A stretch of 17,778 bases of DNA from a virus (taxonomy: Duplodnaviria > Heunggongvirae > Uroviricota > Caudoviricetes). The notes under the pieces are model-generated. The model was not told the origin of the DNA. It did no database searches and saw only the letters and a list, made by a program, of their open reading frames with translations. Below are positions 14,931 through 17,778 of this stretch, one piece after another. The position numbers and the translations under genes are program-made. Within the stretch, counting starts at the first letter, position 1. Each line of letters begins with the position of its first letter. The stretch spans positions 1 through 17,778 of IMG/VR virus record IMGVR_UViG_2711768043_000005. One strand, 5' to 3'.

Positions 14931-15280
14931 TGGAGCCATACAGCCTCACACTCGATGAGGCCTGTCATTTTCTCAAGATATCCAGACCGACTGCCATTAA
15001 CTGGATACGCACAGGGCGTCTTCAGGCAACACGCAAAGATCCCACTAAGAATAAATCTCCTTACCTCACAACACGACAAGCCTGCATTGCGGCTCTTCAG
15101 TCTCCGCTGCATACTGTCCAGGTGAGCGCGGGTGATGGCATAACAGAGGAAAGAAAATGTCACTCTTCCGCAGAGGTGAAATATGGTACGCCAGTTTCAC
15201 ATTGCCGAACGGTAAAAGATTTAAACAGTCTCTTGGAACAAAGGACAAAAGGCAGGCGACAGAACTCCATGACAAGCTAA
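14930..15280 (+). CDS. xis: Excisionase-like HTH protein (AlpA/Xis type)
   Basis: N-terminus [28 protein letters not shown] is a typical excisionase/AlpA HTH; immediately upstream of and overlapping int by about 124 nt in another frame; 3' end uncertain. Confidence 0.55.
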   Translation: MEPYSLTLDEACHFLKISRPTAINWIRTGRLQATRKDPTKNKSPYLTTRQACIAALQSPLHTVQVSAGDGITEERKCHSSAEVKYGTPVSHCRTVKDLNSLLEQRTKGRRQNSMTS

Positions 15281-16320
15281 AGGCTGAAGCATGGCGGGTC
15301 AGCAAACTTGGTGAAATACCTGATATAACGTTCGAGGAAGCGTGTGTCAGGTGGCTTGAAGAGAAAGCACATAAAAAATCACTGGACGATGACAAAAGCC
15401 GGATCGGATTCTGGCTTCAACATTTCGCAGGAATGCAACTAAGAGACATTACTGAATCAAAAATTTATTCAGCAATGCAGAAAATGACGAACCGGCGTCA
15501 TGAGGAAAACTGGAAACTCAGGGCAGAAGCATGCAGAAAAAAAGGGAAACCTGTTCCAGAATACACGCCAAAACCAGCGTCCGTTGCAACGAAGGCTACG
15601 CATCTTTCATTTATAAAGGCCCTACTAAGAGCCGCAGAGCGTGAATGGAAAATGCTGGATAAGGCACCAATTATTAAAGTGCCTCAACCAAAGAATAAAC
15701 GGATCCGCTGGCTGGAGCCCCATGAAGCACAAAGGCTGATTGATGAATGTCCGGAGCCATTAAAGTCTGTTGTTGAATTTGCACTGGCAACAGGCTTAAG
15801 ACGCTCGAACATCATCAACCTTGAATGGCAACAAATAGATATGCAGCGCCGGGTGGCATGGATAAACCCGGAAGAGAGTAAATCAAACCGCGCAATTGGC
15901 GTTGCGCTGAATGATACTGCATGTCGCGTATTGAAAAAACAAATCGGGAATCATCACCGTTGGGTATTTGTGTACAAGGAAAGCTGTACCAAACCAGACG
16001 GAACGAAAGCGCCAACAGTAAGGAAGATGCGGTATGACGCAAACACAGCCTGGAAAGCGGCGCTGAGACGGGCTGGTATTGATGATTTCAGATTTCACGA
16101 CTTGAGACACACCTGGGCAAGTTGGCTGGTTCAAGCCGGAGTCCCGTTGTCAGTTTTACAGGAAATGGGAGGCTGGGAGTCTATCGAAATGGTTCGTCGA
16201 TATGCTCACCTTGCACCTAATCACCTTACCGAACACGCACGGCAAATAGACTCGATCCTGAACCCATCGGTCCCAAATTTGTCCCAGTCAAAAAATAAGG
16301 AAGGTACTAATGATGTGTAA
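15157..16320 (+). CDS. int: Tyrosine-type site-specific integrase
   Basis: 387 aa; C-terminal catalytic region [39 protein letters not shown] (R..H..Y signature); abuts the tRNA 3' end. Confidence 0.9.
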   Translation: MSLFRRGEIWYASFTLPNGKRFKQSLGTKDKRQATELHDKLKAEAWRVSKLGEIPDITFEEACVRWLEEKAHKKSLDDDKSRIGFWLQHFAGMQLRDITESKIYSAMQKMTNRRHEENWKLRAEACRKKGKPVPEYTPKPASVATKATHLSFIKALLRAAEREWKMLDKAPIIKVPQPKNKRIRWLEPHEAQRLIDECPEPLKSVVEFALATGLRRSNIINLEWQQIDMQRRVAWINPEESKSNRAIGVALNDTACRVLKKQIGNHHRWVFVYKESCTKPDGTKAPTVRKMRYDANTAWKAALRRAGIDDFRFHDLRHTWASWLVQAGVPLSVLQEMGGWESIEMVRRYAHLAPNHLTEHARQIDSILNPSVPNLSQSKNKEGTNDV

Positions 16321-16334
16321 CTTATTGATTTTAA

Positions 16335-16410
16335 TGGTGCCGATAATAGGAGTCGAACCTACGACCTTCGCATTACGAATGCGCTGCTCTACCAACTGAG
16401 CTATATCGGC
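16335..16410 (-). tRNA. thrW: tRNA-Thr (anticodon CGU)
   Basis: Minus-strand 76-nt sequence GCCGATATAGCTCAGTTGGTAGAGCAGCGCATTCGTAATGCGAAGGTCGTAGGTTCGACTCCTATTATCGGCACCA with D-loop, anticodon loop TTCGTAA, T-loop GGTTCGA and CCA end. Confidence 0.9.
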
Positions 16411-16524
16411 CCTGAAAGGACATGTTCACAAACGTGAATCACGGTGGACAAGGTTAAAACTAACCGGGCGATGCGTCAATGGCCTTGTGAATCAAATGGC
16501 TACTTTTGCATCACCCGGTTTTAT

Positions 16525-17778
16525 TTACGCACGAATGGTGTAATCACCAATGCCGATCCACTTGTAAGTGGTCAGTGCTTCCAGCCCCATTGGGCCACGC
16601 GCGTGGAGTTTTTGTGTGCTTACCGCCACTTCCGCACCCAGACCAAACTGGCCGCCGTCGGTAAAACGCGTAGAGGCGTTAACGTAAACAGCGGACGAAT
16701 CCACTTCGTTAACAAAACGCTGGGCGTTGCGCATATCGCGGGTCAGGATCGCATCGGAGTGTTGTGTGCCGTGTTCACGAATATGGGCGATGGCATCGTC
16801 AAGATCGCTGACGATTTTGACGTTCAAATCTAATGACAGAAACTCATCGTCATACTCTTCGGCTTTAACAGCAACCACCTTCGCAGGGCCTGCCTGCAAC
16901 TGCGCCAGTGCAGCTGCATCTGCGTGTAATGTCACGCCGCTTTCCGCCATTTGTTTGCTTAATGCGGGCAGGAAGCTATCGGCGATGTTTTTATTCACCA
17001 GCAACGTTTCAACCGTATTACATGTGCTCGGACGCTGAGTTTTCGCGTTGACGATCACTTTTAATGCTTCAGCGATCTCTACACTTTCATCAACGTAAAT
17101 ATGGCATACGCCTATACCACCTGTGATCACCGGGATTGTCGACTGTTCACGGCACAGTTTATGCAAACCAGCGCCACCACGCGGGATCAGCATGTCGATG
17201 TATTTATCCATACGCAGCATTTCACTGACCAGCGCACGGTCAGGATTATCAATCGCCTGCACGGCACCCGCCGGTAAGCCGCAGGATTTCAGGGCGTCCT
17301 GAATCACCGCCACCGTTGCAGCGTTAGTGCGACACGTTTCTTTGCCACCGCGCAGGATCACCGCATTACCGGTTTTCAGGCACAGCGAAGCGACATCAAC
17401 CGTCACGTTCGGGCGCGCTTCATAAATCACGCCAATAACCCCCAGCGGTACGCGACGACGCTCAAGACGCAGGCCGCTGTCCAGTACGCCGCCATCGATT
17501 ACCTGCCCCACCGGATCGGCGAGGTTGCACACCTGACGTACATCGTCGGCAATGCCTTTCAGCCGTGCGGGCGTCAGTGCCAGACGGTCAAGCATCGCTT
17601 CGCTAAGGCCATTGGCTCGCGCGTCAGCAACATCCTGGGCGTTAGCGTTGAGGATGATTTCGCTTTGTGCTTCCAGTTCATCGGCGATTTTTTCCAGCAC
17701 GCGATTTTTTTCGCGGCTGGAGAGTTGCGCTAATTTATACGAGGCTTGCTTCGCGGCAATGCCCATTTGTTCCAGCAT
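16525..17778 (-). CDS. proA: Glutamate-5-semialdehyde dehydrogenase (gamma-glutamyl phosphate reductase)
   Basis: 417-aa ORF starting exactly at the window end ([21 protein letters not shown]...) and ending ...GDYTIRA; recognised as enterobacterial ProA. Confidence 0.95.

Noticed and set aside
14765-15163. Minus-strand 132-aa ORF overlapping xis and the int start
   Set aside because: It is antisense to the xis/int junction, Cys/Arg-rich with no RBS, and conflicts with the co-directional operon structure.
15815-16134. Minus-strand ORFs of 75 and 83 aa inside the integrase gene
   Set aside because: They are antisense to a confidently identified integrase and have no start-site support.
16444-17038. 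Plus-strand ORFs of 129 and 103 aa antisense to proA
   Set aside because: They lie entirely within the well-supported proA coding sequence on the opposite strand and show no RBS or domain features.
1-17778. Scan for canonical SOS boxes (CTGT-N8-ACAG) that would link the LexA-like protein or the prophage to LexA control
   Set aside because: No convincing match was found by eye; the nearest (ACTGTATGTAACAGT around 1660) has the wrong spacing and lies inside a coding region. A computational scan with a LexA weight matrix would be needed to be sure.

Overview
This window is the integrase-proximal ~16 kb of a lambdoid prophage (mosaic of CPS-53/Rac/Qin-like modules) integrated at a tRNA-Thr(CGU) gene next to proA in an Escherichia/Shigella-type chromosome. 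All protein family calls are made by eye from the translations and motifs; no database search was run. Reading right to left: proA, tRNA-Thr, int, overlapping xis, an early-left operon (YfdP/YfdQ/HD-phosphohydrolase-like genes, a ClpX-zinc-finger-like small protein), an OL/PL-like control region, an AT-rich antisense TerB-repeat/BRCT gene, the CI-like repressor, an OR-like operator region, cro-like, cII-like, an O-like replication gene with internal iterons, a nin-like block (PerC-like, adenine methyltransferase, LexA-DBD-only protein, RusA, KilA-N, DUF968), a Q-like antiterminator, a terminator-bracketed AT-rich gene, a lysis cassette, and a partial IS3-family transposase at the left edge. 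No virion structural genes are present in the window. The most promising candidates for an undescribed function are the TerB-repeat/BRCT gene in the immunity region, the terminator-bracketed membrane protein between Q and the holins, and the GC-rich structured non-coding island upstream of the YfdP-like gene.
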